From the NCBI GenBank assembly GCA_965234725.1, contig CBDDUX010000002.1, positions 1-64,000 of the forward strand: a DNA stretch of 64,000 nucleotides, in the 5' to 3' direction. Below the pieces are notes generated by a model, which did not search any database, was not told the origin of the DNA, and worked only from the letters and a program-made list of their open reading frames with translations. The DNA is from Thermoplasmatota archaeon (lineage in GTDB: Archaea; Thermoplasmatota; Penumbrarchaeia; Penumbrarchaeales; Penumbrarchaeaceae). Shown piece after piece: positions 1-8,585 of this stretch. The position numbers and the translations under genes are program-made. Positions within the stretch are counted from its first letter, which is position 1; every line of letters starts with the position of its first letter.

Positions 1-110
1 GGAGGGGGTAAAAACATATAATTGACTGGGTGGTCTTAAATGGATACCCAGTTTATATAATATATAATTACTAGTAGATATTCATCAAGGAGTGATAATG
101 TCAGTTAAGT

Positions 111-143
111 AATCGGGACAAGAATGAGACATAATTGGGACAT
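111..143 (+). promoter_or_regulatory. Array of 3 GGGACA-like boxes at 11-bp spacing (putative wHTH binding sites)
   Basis: gggaca 115-120, gagaca 126-131, gggaca 137-142; follows TATA-like tttatata (52-59). Confidence 0.6.
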
Positions 144-359
144 TCTTATCCTATAGATGTCACATAGAATTAGCTATAATTTGCCGCCAATCCAGGTAGA
201 ATAAATGAATAAAGGTACTAAGAAATCGTGCTATCTGCCTCAAGGACTTAATGACTGTATTCATGATTCGATTTCAGCTTATTTCCATGTCCGCTAGGAC
301 AATACCAATATCAACTAATCCATTTATACATATTTATTGATTGTATCCTAATCGCTAAC

Positions 360-379
360 CGCGCGCGCGCATGCGCGCG
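360..379. repeat. Alternating purine/pyrimidine tract with a perfect 16-bp palindrome
   Basis: cgcgcgcgcgcatgcgcgcg; 364-379 is self-complementary; lies in AT-rich DNA. Confidence 0.9.
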
Positions 380-638
380 GAATCCTTTGATCTATCTTTT
401 TCAGCAATGGTTTTACGATCTCATTATCGTTGACCAGTTTTAGAATGCCAATAATGGTCATTGGTTGAGAGGCATATACAGAATCATGATTTGGTGGAGC
501 TTACAGCATTTTGGAATCTATGCTGGGGAGAAAGCTCTTGATTCATTAAACCCCTGTATGGACGTGAAAATGCAAGTAACATGCATATTATGAATGTAGT
601 TAAGGATCCTAACAAAGACGCTAACCTATTCTCAGAAC

Positions 639-886
639 AATGTCACACCCAATTTTCATATTCTCATATTCAAAAATGTTAAACTCAATTTTCATATTTT
701 CATATTCAAAAATGTTAAACTCAATTTTCATATTTTCATATTCAAAAATTAAACTCAATTTTCATATTTTCATATTCAAAAATGTTAAACTCAATTTTCA
801 TATTTTCATATTCAAAAATTAAACTCAATTTTCATATTTTCATATTCAAGAATGTCACACCCATTCTCATATTCTCATATATCAAG
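639..886. repeat. AT-rich tandem repeat, 7 units of 34-36 bp
   Basis: Consensus aatgttaaactcaattttcatattttcatattcaaa; units start at 639, 675, 711, 747, 781, 817, 851; terminal units begin aatgtcacaccc; no spacers. Confidence 0.95.
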
Positions 887-1132
887 ATCTTACGATAAGA
901 TCATAAAGAAATGTGCGGGAATATTATGCATGATGTATGCTTTTCATCCAAATAGATAAGGAAGGCTGTCCTTGACCTGTTGTTCCCTTTAAGCATGTAC
1001 CATGCCATCTTTTCTTCGCTCCAGACCATGGGGTAAAAACATCATGAAAAATTCATTTTATTAGAGATGAAGGGGCTTCACCTTAAGTTAATCACTATTC
1101 TGGAAGATAAAAGAAATTAAGATTGTGATCAA

Positions 1133-1182
1133 TGTCCCATTTATGTCCTATTTGCGTCCTATTAGTGTCCCAATAATATCCT
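1133..1182 (-). promoter_or_regulatory. Array of 5 GGGACA-like boxes (minus strand) at 11-bp spacing, abutting the wHTH stop codon
   Basis: tgtccc 1133, tgtcct 1144, cgtcct 1155, tgtccc 1166, tatcct 1177. Confidence 0.65.
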
Positions 1183-1669
1183 AATTTTTCTTCACCCTTG
1201 ACAGGATATAATATGTCCCCCTGCCTTTTCCAATTCGTTCGAGGATTTTCATTTCCACCAACTTTTTAAGATCTCTTGAGGCGGTACGTCTGTCACATCC
1301 ATTAACGGATTGATAGAGTGAATTATCAAGCTCATGATTGTGTATGAGGTACCGAAGAGCCGTGATATGCCTGTGATTGAATCCCTCTTTTCGGGCTTGA
1401 TATATTCCAATAAGACGATTTATATGATCCTTCTTATTCACAGCCAATCGCTTTTGCGGTATCTTTCTGTTATTGGATTCTTCCCCTTTCTCGATATTAT
1501 TTATTGTTACGGATTGAGATTCGTTAGGTGAGGTGAAAAACGGATTACCAATTTTCAGTTTTTCAACTGTTGATCTTGACGCTAAGATCTCACCTGGTTT
1601 GGAACTAAACTGTAAGAGAGGACTACGTTTCCGTTTCTTTTCTTTTCCCGTTTTCTTGACCTTAATCAC
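1181..1669 (-). CDS. Basic protein with C-terminal winged helix-turn-helix (DeoR/Fic/RecG-C-terminal-like)
   Basis: LDNSLYQSVNGCDRRTASRDLKKLVEMKILERIGKGRGTYY wHTH signature; GTG start. Confidence 0.75.
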   Translation of the reverse strand: MIKVKKTGKEKKRKRSPLLQFSSKPGEILASRSTVEKLKIGNPFFTSPNESQSVTINNIEKGEESNNRKIPQKRLAVNKKDHINRLIGIYQARKEGFNHRHITALRYLIHNHELDNSLYQSVNGCDRRTASRDLKKLVEMKILERIGKGRGTYYILSRVKKN

Positions 1670-1726
1670 CCAACCTATGATCTCATTATGAAATATAATT
1701 GAAGTATGAAATGTTTTCCCTCCAGG

Positions 1727-2788
1727 GGCTCTGTAGAAACCCTCTCTTCCAGGTACCGAAAGTACTATAGTATCGCCCCCCCATTTCGTTGTGGAGTCTT
1801 CTACAACTCACAACAAAATGGAGGTCTGGCGCTATGGCATGCACCAGAAAGGAAACAAAACTTATCAGGTTTGTGAAGAGAGCTCTGAATATCATCAAGA
1901 AAGCTCGAATTCCATTGAGATCCAGCAAGTTCTCGAACCACATCTACAACAATCACGTACATCTGATCCTGCATATGCTCAGGGTCAACACTGGCATGAG
2001 CTACATCAGGTTCTTCGAATGGATCGAAAACTTTACACACCTTTGGAAAGTGCTGATGGTATCGAACATACCACATTTCACAACCTTGCACAAGTTCGTC
2101 CAAAGGTGTCCAAAGAGATATCTGGATACGTTCATACAGATATCAGGATTGATAGATGAAAAGGGATCACTATCAACAGCGATCGATTCAACCGGATTCT
2201 CACTGACAAATGCCAGTTACTACTACACAATTGTGATCAAGGTCAGAGAGAATGGTAATCGTAAGAGAGGCAGACCTCGAAAACGAAGAGCTATCAAGCG
2301 ATATCTGAAAGTGACATTTGTTGTTGATACTGATACCCAGACAGTCCTTTCGACAAGCATCAGGAGAGGGCCAGATAATGACAACAAAGATTTCGTGAGA
2401 TCATATAAGAGACTTGAACAGAAGATCCCCGTAGATATTGGCCTTATCCTGGCGGACAAGGGTTATGATTCGGAATTGAATCATAAGTATGCTCGTGAAG
2501 TCCTCGGTGCAAACAGTATCATTCCTCCTAGGAGGAATAGATCTGAGGACTTCAAAACAAAAGGTAAATACCGAAAAGAAATGAGATCTGGCTATGATCT
2601 TGATCTGTATCGTCAACGTAACAAGGTCGAGACAGTGAACTCTGTGATCAAGCGTAAGATGGGTGACTGTGTAAGGGCTAGAACGGTATCAAATCAGAAT
2701 CGAGAGATATTGTTCATGGTAATGGTTTACAATATTGATAGAGGTATGAAGATTTCTTTAATCATCGTGATAGGGTTTCTAGAAAGCC
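1727..2788 (+). mobile_element. IS5-family insertion sequence (ISH1-like group), 1062 bp
   Basis: IRL ggctctgtagaaaccct vs reverse-complemented IRR ggctttctagaaaccct (15/17); 8-bp direct repeat cctccagg at 1719-1726 and 2789-2796. Confidence 0.88.
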
Positions 2789-2820
2789 CCTCCAGGGAAA
2801 TAATAGTATGCAAGGTGTAA
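1834..2820 (+). CDS. IS5-family DDE transposase
   Basis: Motifs IPHFTTL, AIDSTG, LADKGYDS, YRQRNKVETVNSVIKR; SD ggaggt before ATG 1834; ORF runs through the IRR. Confidence 0.92.
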   Translation: MACTRKETKLIRFVKRALNIIKKARIPLRSSKFSNHIYNNHVHLILHMLRVNTGMSYIRFFEWIENFTHLWKVLMVSNIPHFTTLHKFVQRCPKRYLDTFIQISGLIDEKGSLSTAIDSTGFSLTNASYYYTIVIKVRENGNRKRGRPRKRRAIKRYLKVTFVVDTDTQTVLSTSIRRGPDNDNKDFVRSYKRLEQKIPVDIGLILADKGYDSELNHKYAREVLGANSIIPPRRNRSEDFKTKGKYRKEMRSGYDLDLYRQRNKVETVNSVIKRKMGDCVRARTVSNQNREILFMVMVYNIDRGMKISLIIVIGFLESPSREIIVCKV

Positions 2821-2980
2821 TGGTCCTTATGCTCCAGATGTCGAAATATATTATATCCAATCCAAGAGACAGAACAGCAATCACATTCTAATTTAAAACC
2901 TGGTTATCGATATCTGTCCATATTCAAAGAACCTCACCCTATGATAGGCAAACGGAAAGTAGAACCATCTGGGTTGTGAT

Positions 2981-3465
2981 TTACTTACCGAGAACCTTCC
3001 GAATCCTTTCTCTCTTATTGCCCAGGATTTTTCTCACTCCTGTCTTGCGGTTGTATCCTTCAGATCCTAACAATTTGAGAAGGTCCGTCATTTCATCCAC
3101 CTTCTTACGGAGTTCGAGAACTTCATCTTCTATTGGCATCTTCGGAATGGTTGCTTGACCCTGAATCTTTGTTTCGATGGCCTGGAACTCATTCCACATC
3201 TTGAGAAGAACAGGAGATAAATTCTGCCCATCTACGATATAATGGTCGCTTGTGGTCCTACCATGACCACCGACATAATGTCGGGTTGTTGTGGGAATAT
3301 TGTTCAATTCCAATTGGCAGGAAGAATCTTCTCAAAACATAGGGCCGTTCCTTATTATCATGAGCTCTCATCAATTTCCGAATTGCCGCAGATATTGAAG
3401 ATGAAGTAACATGCTCCTTCCTTTTCTTGGCAGGTTCTGTTCAGAGATCCTTTAGTGATTTGCAT
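2981..3465 (-). pseudogene. Tyrosine recombinase/integrase remnant (catalytic C-terminal part, frameshifted)
   Basis: One frame gives HVTSSSISAAIRKLMRAHDNKERPYVLRRFF; after a shift near 3320, ORF 2981-3313 continues LELNNIPTTTRHYVGGHGRTTSDHY (YxLR...GH...Y); lies next to the tRNA 3' end. Confidence 0.75.
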
Positions 3466-3516
3466 ATCCAGTTAGATTTGAAATTACTGGAACTATGGCC
3501 CGTGCAAGAAGATGAG

Positions 3517-3590
3517 TGGGCCAAGCCGGATTTGAACCGGCGACCTTCCGGTTATCAGCCGGATGCTCCACCGTACTAAGCTACTGGCCC
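3517..3590 (-). tRNA. tRNA-Ile(GAT)
   Basis: Cloverleaf: acceptor GGGCCAG/TTGGCCC, anticodon arm TCCGG-CTGATAA-CCGGA, T-arm GCCGG-TTCAAAT-CCGGC; no intron, no encoded CCA. Confidence 0.97.
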
Positions 3591-3655
3591 GAAGCGTTGG
3601 GTATCGCCCCAATATTCATTTGCCATTTAAGGTTTTCTTAAATCGCAAATAGGTA

Positions 3656-6037
3656 TCAAGAAGAGGGTTTCTTCTTCTTGAAATACTTGACATATGCGAG
3701 GTATCCTGCAATTCCTACAATGGCAATTATCATCAGGATCCAGAGCCAGGTGAGATTGGTTGGTTCATTGGGATTCCCCTCCTCTTGATGTATCGGAGTG
3801 ATCTGTCCCAGATCGTAAATGTGTTGAGACACATTGATCATGTTTCCCTCTGTAACTGCTGAATCGAATGGTATCCAGGGTTTCCATTTGGCATAGGCCG
3901 CATGTGGATTCTGAAGATCAAGCACATGACTGCCACTTGTCATTGTCATGTTCAATGAGATAGTGAACTCGGCCCTTACCTCCTTGAACTGGGTTTCTCT
4001 GAACCTGTCACCTATATCCCAGTCAATTCCTCTACCTTCAACATTGACGGACCAGTAATTACCCCAATCTCCGGGAGATATCTGGATCTCGGAGGTCCTT
4101 GCATCGGTTATCAGTTCCCCGGTCTGCGTCCAATCAGGGTTCCCATCACCTGTCTGGTCGATGGTAACGAAGAGTGAGGCGATCCTCTTGTCATCAGTAT
4201 TCCAGGGATCGTAGGTGAACCTGATCTCCATCTTCTCAGCACCTTCAGGAATGAGGACCATCTTGGCTGTGTCGTGATTCATGGGAATGATCGAATTTGT
4301 CTGGTTAGAGAACCTTGACCATTCACCGTTCCATGCTGTGTAAAGTCTGTCGGTATTGTAGGTCTTGGACCTTACCATCATAGTATTTTCATACTGAGCA
4401 ACCGCAGCCTTCACACATGCATCCGGGTAATCCGGCTGACCATCCTTGTCGAAATCCCTTGTTCTTAACTCTTTAAGTGCAAGAGCAATGGCGATCGCCT
4501 TGTCGACCTGGACCAGACCGAATCCCTGAGCGAAATCAAAGGGCTCTCCGTTCCATCCTATCGAATAATTCTGAGGGATATAGTTCTCTGCCAGGGGTGT
4601 TCCCTCATCTGAGGGAAGGACATAGTTTGCGGATGCTTCCAGGATCAGTTCCACTTCATGGACCTTGTTCCTGGTATCGTTCAACCAGCCAGCATCGATC
4701 TTCTCCTGCTCGGCCTCCTCGTAGAATTCGGACATACGAAGGTCCGGGTAGGCCTGGAGTATCAGAGCAACCACACCAGCGATATGAGGTGTTGCCATTG
4801 ATGTTCCGGATATTGCAAAGTAATAAGGATCGATGTTGGACAAACCTGCTCCCTGTTTCGTTGACATCGAGATCAAGGTCCTTCTTGCTGCAGTGGACCA
4901 AATTCCTACACCGGGAGCACCAACATCAGGGTAGGTCGTGATTATTCCAAGCTGACCTCTCGAGGAGAAACTGGCAACTCCGGAACCGTCCCTTGTGAAT
5001 GCGGCCACAGCGATGTTGGAGGGAACGTTTCCGTAGGGATTCGTCTGTATATCGCTTCCATCTCCTCCTGAATTGGAAGCAGCAAAGATTATGAGCACAT
5101 TGTTCTCGAATGTTATCTTCTGGGAGATTATGGAAACCGAATCTTCAGCATTATAATCTCCAGGGCCAGGACCCCAGGAGTTGGAAACCACCCTTATAGG
5201 ATCGTCCCATTCATATGTATGACCAGGTTTGGAATGCTCGTAAACCCATTGAAGTCCCCCTAGAGCATTGATTATGGAAACTGCCTCGCCAGTTGAGAGT
5301 CCTATAAGCTTTGCACCGGGTGCAACACCTGCTCTGGCCCCTCCTGATGCATCCCCGTTACCTGCGACGGTCCCGGCACAATGGGTGCCATGCCCGGAGG
5401 AGGTATCCCCATTCTCCACCTCCCTCCAGACAAAATCTGTGTCTGATTTGTAGTTCTTAACCACCTTCTCACCATAATCCAGGTCCGGATGTCCTGCATC
5501 CACCCCTGAATCAAGAACCACGGCTGTGATCCCTTGACCGTCTATTGATGGATATTCCTTCCCGACCGAATCCACAATGATCGTATCCCATGTATTGGTT
5601 GCATTGATGGTGGTGGTCGTCTGATCCATGAGGAATTCCATCTGGGTGTCGAATTCCACCCAGAATGTATCCTTGTACCTGGATATCCTTTCGATTGCAT
5701 CCCTGTTGCCTCTGGCAAATATGGCTGGAAGGGAGGTCATCTTATATCTTATCTCAAAGCCAGCATCAAGTGCTGCCTTAAGATCATCCTTGGAGAGGGG
5801 TGGTTGGAACTGGATCACTACGTCCAGGTTCGCTTCTGGACCCTCTTTGGAAACGGCTTCGCTTACAGATGGGTCGATATCTGTATACGACCCAAGCCCT
5901 TCATACCAGTATTCATCGGTGAATCCGAAGGGGGTTTCGTCAGGTCCATCATCTGCTGAAACCTCTTTCATTATTACGGCTCCGGCTATCAGGACCATCA
6001 TTATCAGACCAGGGGCTAGGAAACGGATCGATCTCAT
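3656..6037 (-). CDS. Membrane-anchored subtilisin-like serine protease (S8)
   Basis: Signal peptide; catalytic VLDSG, HGTH, GTSMATP; C-terminal TM helix with poly-Lys tail. Confidence 0.95.
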   Translation of the reverse strand: MRSIRFLAPGLIMMVLIAGAVIMKEVSADDGPDETPFGFTDEYWYEGLGSYTDIDPSVSEAVSKEGPEANLDVVIQFQPPLSKDDLKAALDAGFEIRYKMTSLPAIFARGNRDAIERISRYKDTFWVEFDTQMEFLMDQTTTTINATNTWDTIIVDSVGKEYPSIDGQGITAVVLDSGVDAGHPDLDYGEKVVKNYKSDTDFVWREVENGDTSSGHGTHCAGTVAGNGDASGGARAGVAPGAKLIGLSTGEAVSIINALGGLQWVYEHSKPGHTYEWDDPIRVVSNSWGPGPGDYNAEDSVSIISQKITFENNVLIIFAASNSGGDGSDIQTNPYGNVPSNIAVAAFTRDGSGVASFSSRGQLGIITTYPDVGAPGVGIWSTAARRTLISMSTKQGAGLSNIDPYYFAISGTSMATPHIAGVVALILQAYPDLRMSEFYEEAEQEKIDAGWLNDTRNKVHEVELILEASANYVLPSDEGTPLAENYIPQNYSIGWNGEPFDFAQGFGLVQVDKAIAIALALKELRTRDFDKDGQPDYPDACVKAAVAQYENTMMVRSKTYNTDRLYTAWNGEWSRFSNQTNSIIPMNHDTAKMVLIPEGAEKMEIRFTYDPWNTDDKRIASLFVTIDQTGDGNPDWTQTGELITDARTSEIQISPGDWGNYWSVNVEGRGIDWDIGDRFRETQFKEVRAEFTISLNMTMTSGSHVLDLQNPHAAYAKWKPWIPFDSAVTEGNMINVSQHIYDLGQITPIHQEEGNPNEPTNLTWLWILMIIAIVGIAGYLAYVKYFKKKKPSS

Positions 6038-6148
6038 TTTAACTCCTCATGGGGGCAAAACTTTACCCAACATTATGAAATTTGCAATAAACCTATCGGT
6101 TGATTAATCAAATGACATTGGGTTGATAAATGAATCCCCTAAAGGAGA

Positions 6149-6628
6149 TCACATTTTTGACCGGACCACACTGATTATCCTTCTGGAGATGGTCGGGTTG
6201 ATCCCTTCCACCATCAAAAGGTCCTCGGGGATCGCCTCCGAGAAATCACCCCAGTGGGAGTAACCCGCATCATAGAGGTTCTGGGCCTTGTCCCTGGAAA
6301 CTCCGAAGCTTTCCATGAACTCACCCACGATATCCGCTTCCTTGAGAAACTCATCACCACCCATCTTCTCAAGTTCCGGATCGTAAGACCTTACCTCGTT
6401 CAGGTCCTGGACAGGTTCATCCTCTTCCTCATTCTCCTCCTGTGGAGCCAGTTCTTTTGCCTGTCGTATATCAACGAACCAGTAGACGAAAGCGAATATC
6501 AGGGCAAACGAGAATACACCTCCGCCCACGAGAGCAGCGGGGGAACCCATGATAAAACCAAAAATACCGGCCAGGATAATCGAGGCTCCCGCGATTGCCA
6601 ATATCCAATGAGGTTTCACTTCTATCAC
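6149..6628 (-). CDS. Two-TM membrane protein with C-terminal helix-hairpin-helix domain
   Basis: Hydrophobic N-terminus, acidic linker, GVSRDKAQNLYDAGY...EDLLMVEGINPTISRRI. Confidence 0.7.
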   Translation of the reverse strand: MIEVKPHWILAIAGASIILAGIFGFIMGSPAALVGGGVFSFALIFAFVYWFVDIRQAKELAPQEENEEEDEPVQDLNEVRSYDPELEKMGGDEFLKEADIVGEFMESFGVSRDKAQNLYDAGYSHWGDFSEAIPEDLLMVEGINPTISRRIISVVRSKM

Positions 6629-6840
6629 CTTGTTTAAAAATGGGCTGTATATATAATTCTGTCGGGTAATTTCTGCTATTTAATATCACTGGCCTTTTCG
6701 AGTATCATCCTGGCAGTGGTGCCACTTCTTTTACAATCTTCATTCTTCAATGTCAAATATGTCAATATCCCGAATGTAATTATATTATGTTAGAATAATG
6801 CTATCCAAATATATTGAAAATTCCAAAAGAGGTATGAAAA

Positions 6841-7941
6841 ATGGTACAATTCAACTGGTTCAAAACACCCATATCCTTCGGTTGGGGACAATTCGATCTG
6901 CTACCTACACTTCTGCCAAAAGGCAGGACGTTCATCGTTCTTGGGAGAGGTTCAGCAAGAGAATTATGTCTCCAGGAGAGATTGGAGAAAATGATCGATG
7001 TTGAAATGGGTGTGTTTTCCGGGGTGGAACCCAATCCCATGTCATTCACTGTCGAACAGGGAGCTTTCGAGATCGCTGATTTCGATCCGGACCTGGTAGT
7101 TGCGGTAGGAGGCGGATCTGTCATGGATGCTGCAAAGTTCATGTCGGTCATCGCTAAACAGGGTGGGGATGTTATGGAATACCTCGGAGGAAGGGACCCA
7201 GTCGATGGAGGATATCCCGTCTATGCAATACCAACCACCCCCGGAACCTCATCCGAGATAACACCATTTTCTGTCGTTTCTGTTGACAGATTAAAGAACA
7301 AGGTGGGTTTGAGACATCCAGCACTCTATCCCGAGGGGGCAATCATAGATCCGGAGTTGACCATCACCCTTCCCCAGGCTCAAACAGCCGCTACAGGTCT
7401 CGATATCCTCTCCCATGCAGTGGAGAGTTACTGGTCATCCCGGTCGGATCCATTCACAAGGGAACTCTCCCTTCGGGCCGTATCACTTGTCAATGAGCAT
7501 CTTCTAGCTGCATTCGACAATGGTTCCATAAGAGAACACAGAGAGGGGATCTCTCTTGCCTCCGTATTCGCGGGTCTTGCTTTCTCAAACACCGGAACCA
7601 CTGTATGTCATGCAATATCATATCCCATCACCTTTGATACAGGACTTCCCCATGGTATGGCTGTGGCAATGACGCTTGGACCTACATACGATATACTCCG
7701 GTCCAGGGGGGTCAAGGGTCTTGACAGATTGGCCGCAGCGATGGGTTTGGACCACAGTTCATTCTCAGACGGATTGAAGGACCTGCTCGATTCCCTTAAG
7801 GTCCCTTCCTCACTTTCCGAGGCAGGTTTCTCCGGGGGATTGGAAAGGGTAATGTCAACTGACCTTACACCACTTATGAAGAACCTCCCAGTGGTACTAT
7901 CCTCCGAGGATGTGGAATGTATCGTAAGATCGGTCCTTTGA
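6841..7941 (+). CDS. Iron-containing alcohol dehydrogenase family protein
   Basis: GGGSVMDAAK, IPTTPGTSSE, DILSHAVE, HAISY, PHG metal ligands. Confidence 0.92.
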   Translation: MVQFNWFKTPISFGWGQFDLLPTLLPKGRTFIVLGRGSARELCLQERLEKMIDVEMGVFSGVEPNPMSFTVEQGAFEIADFDPDLVVAVGGGSVMDAAKFMSVIAKQGGDVMEYLGGRDPVDGGYPVYAIPTTPGTSSEITPFSVVSVDRLKNKVGLRHPALYPEGAIIDPELTITLPQAQTAATGLDILSHAVESYWSSRSDPFTRELSLRAVSLVNEHLLAAFDNGSIREHREGISLASVFAGLAFSNTGTTVCHAISYPITFDTGLPHGMAVAMTLGPTYDILRSRGVKGLDRLAAAMGLDHSSFSDGLKDLLDSLKVPSSLSEAGFSGGLERVMSTDLTPLMKNLPVVLSSEDVECIVRSVL

Positions 7942-7991
7942 ATGGGGAAAAGTCTTACTGTGACTATACGTTTAGAGGTGGAGGTTATCTT

Positions 7992-8585
7992 ATGGAAGGG
8001 ATTGGCACATGCTCGATCTGCGGGGCAAAGGTTGGAGATGATGAAATGGATTCATTCCTTGACCTTCCTATTTGTTCCATATGTATGGAAGAACTCGCTA
8101 TCAATGAACTGCCGATCGTTGAGCCCGATAACTATCTGAGTAGCATTTTAGAGGACAAAGGAAGGATCGTACTTCCCAGAATAACTGGTTTAATGAAGAC
8201 CAGAACGAAGGAGATGGGTTGGAAGCTTGTTGCCATGGCACCTTTTATTGCGGATCAAGTAGAAGAGAAAGCAAGGAAAGCCTTGATGGAATCTGCCCTA
8301 ATCTTGATGGGATCCTCCATCATACGCCTTGGAGAGGATGGATCAGGTGAATTAGCTGATAAGGATGCATCACTGATCCTTCTTCTGGGGCAGTATCTGG
8401 ACCTCTCGGTAATGGGCAGGATCTCCAAAGAGAACGGATTGATCCCTGAACATAAGTTGCATGAGATGATATTGGGAGAAGAGCATGACCATATTCTGTT
8501 CCATATGCTCAAGGGACTGGACCATGGTGGAGATCCGGAGAAGATGACCTATGTGCTTCGGGCCATGGAACTGCTCAGATGTTGA
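7992..8585 (+). CDS. Hypothetical protein with N-terminal CxxC-CxxC zinc finger
   Basis: CSIC...CSIC; SD gaggtggaggt before ATG 7992. Confidence 0.65.
   Translation: MEGIGTCSICGAKVGDDEMDSFLDLPICSICMEELAINELPIVEPDNYLSSILEDKGRIVLPRITGLMKTRTKEMGWKLVAMAPFIADQVEEKARKALMESALILMGSSIIRLGEDGSGELADKDASLILLLGQYLDLSVMGRISKENGLIPEHKLHEMILGEEHDHILFHMLKGLDHGGDPEKMTYVLRAMELLRC

Noticed and set aside
640-822. 60-aa repetitive ORF
   Set aside because: It is only the translation of the tandem repeat; 34-bp units shift the frame and there is no SD
639-886. CRISPR array
   Set aside because: Units are 34-36 bp but directly contiguous with no unique spacers, and there are no cas genes in the window
5-1042. 13-bp direct repeat ggggtaaaaacat at 5-17 and 1030-1042 as att or element ends
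   Set aside because: The match is real but does not extend, is unrelated to the tRNA sequence and could be chance
1-1180. Chromosomal oriC
   Set aside because: No convincing ORB boxes and no cdc6/orc1 gene in the window; the context points to a mobile element
1-3516. Second att site (copy of the tRNA-Ile 3' end)
   Set aside because: Not seen in the window; the 7-bp tggcccg near 3496 is too short and matches the 5' end of the tRNA
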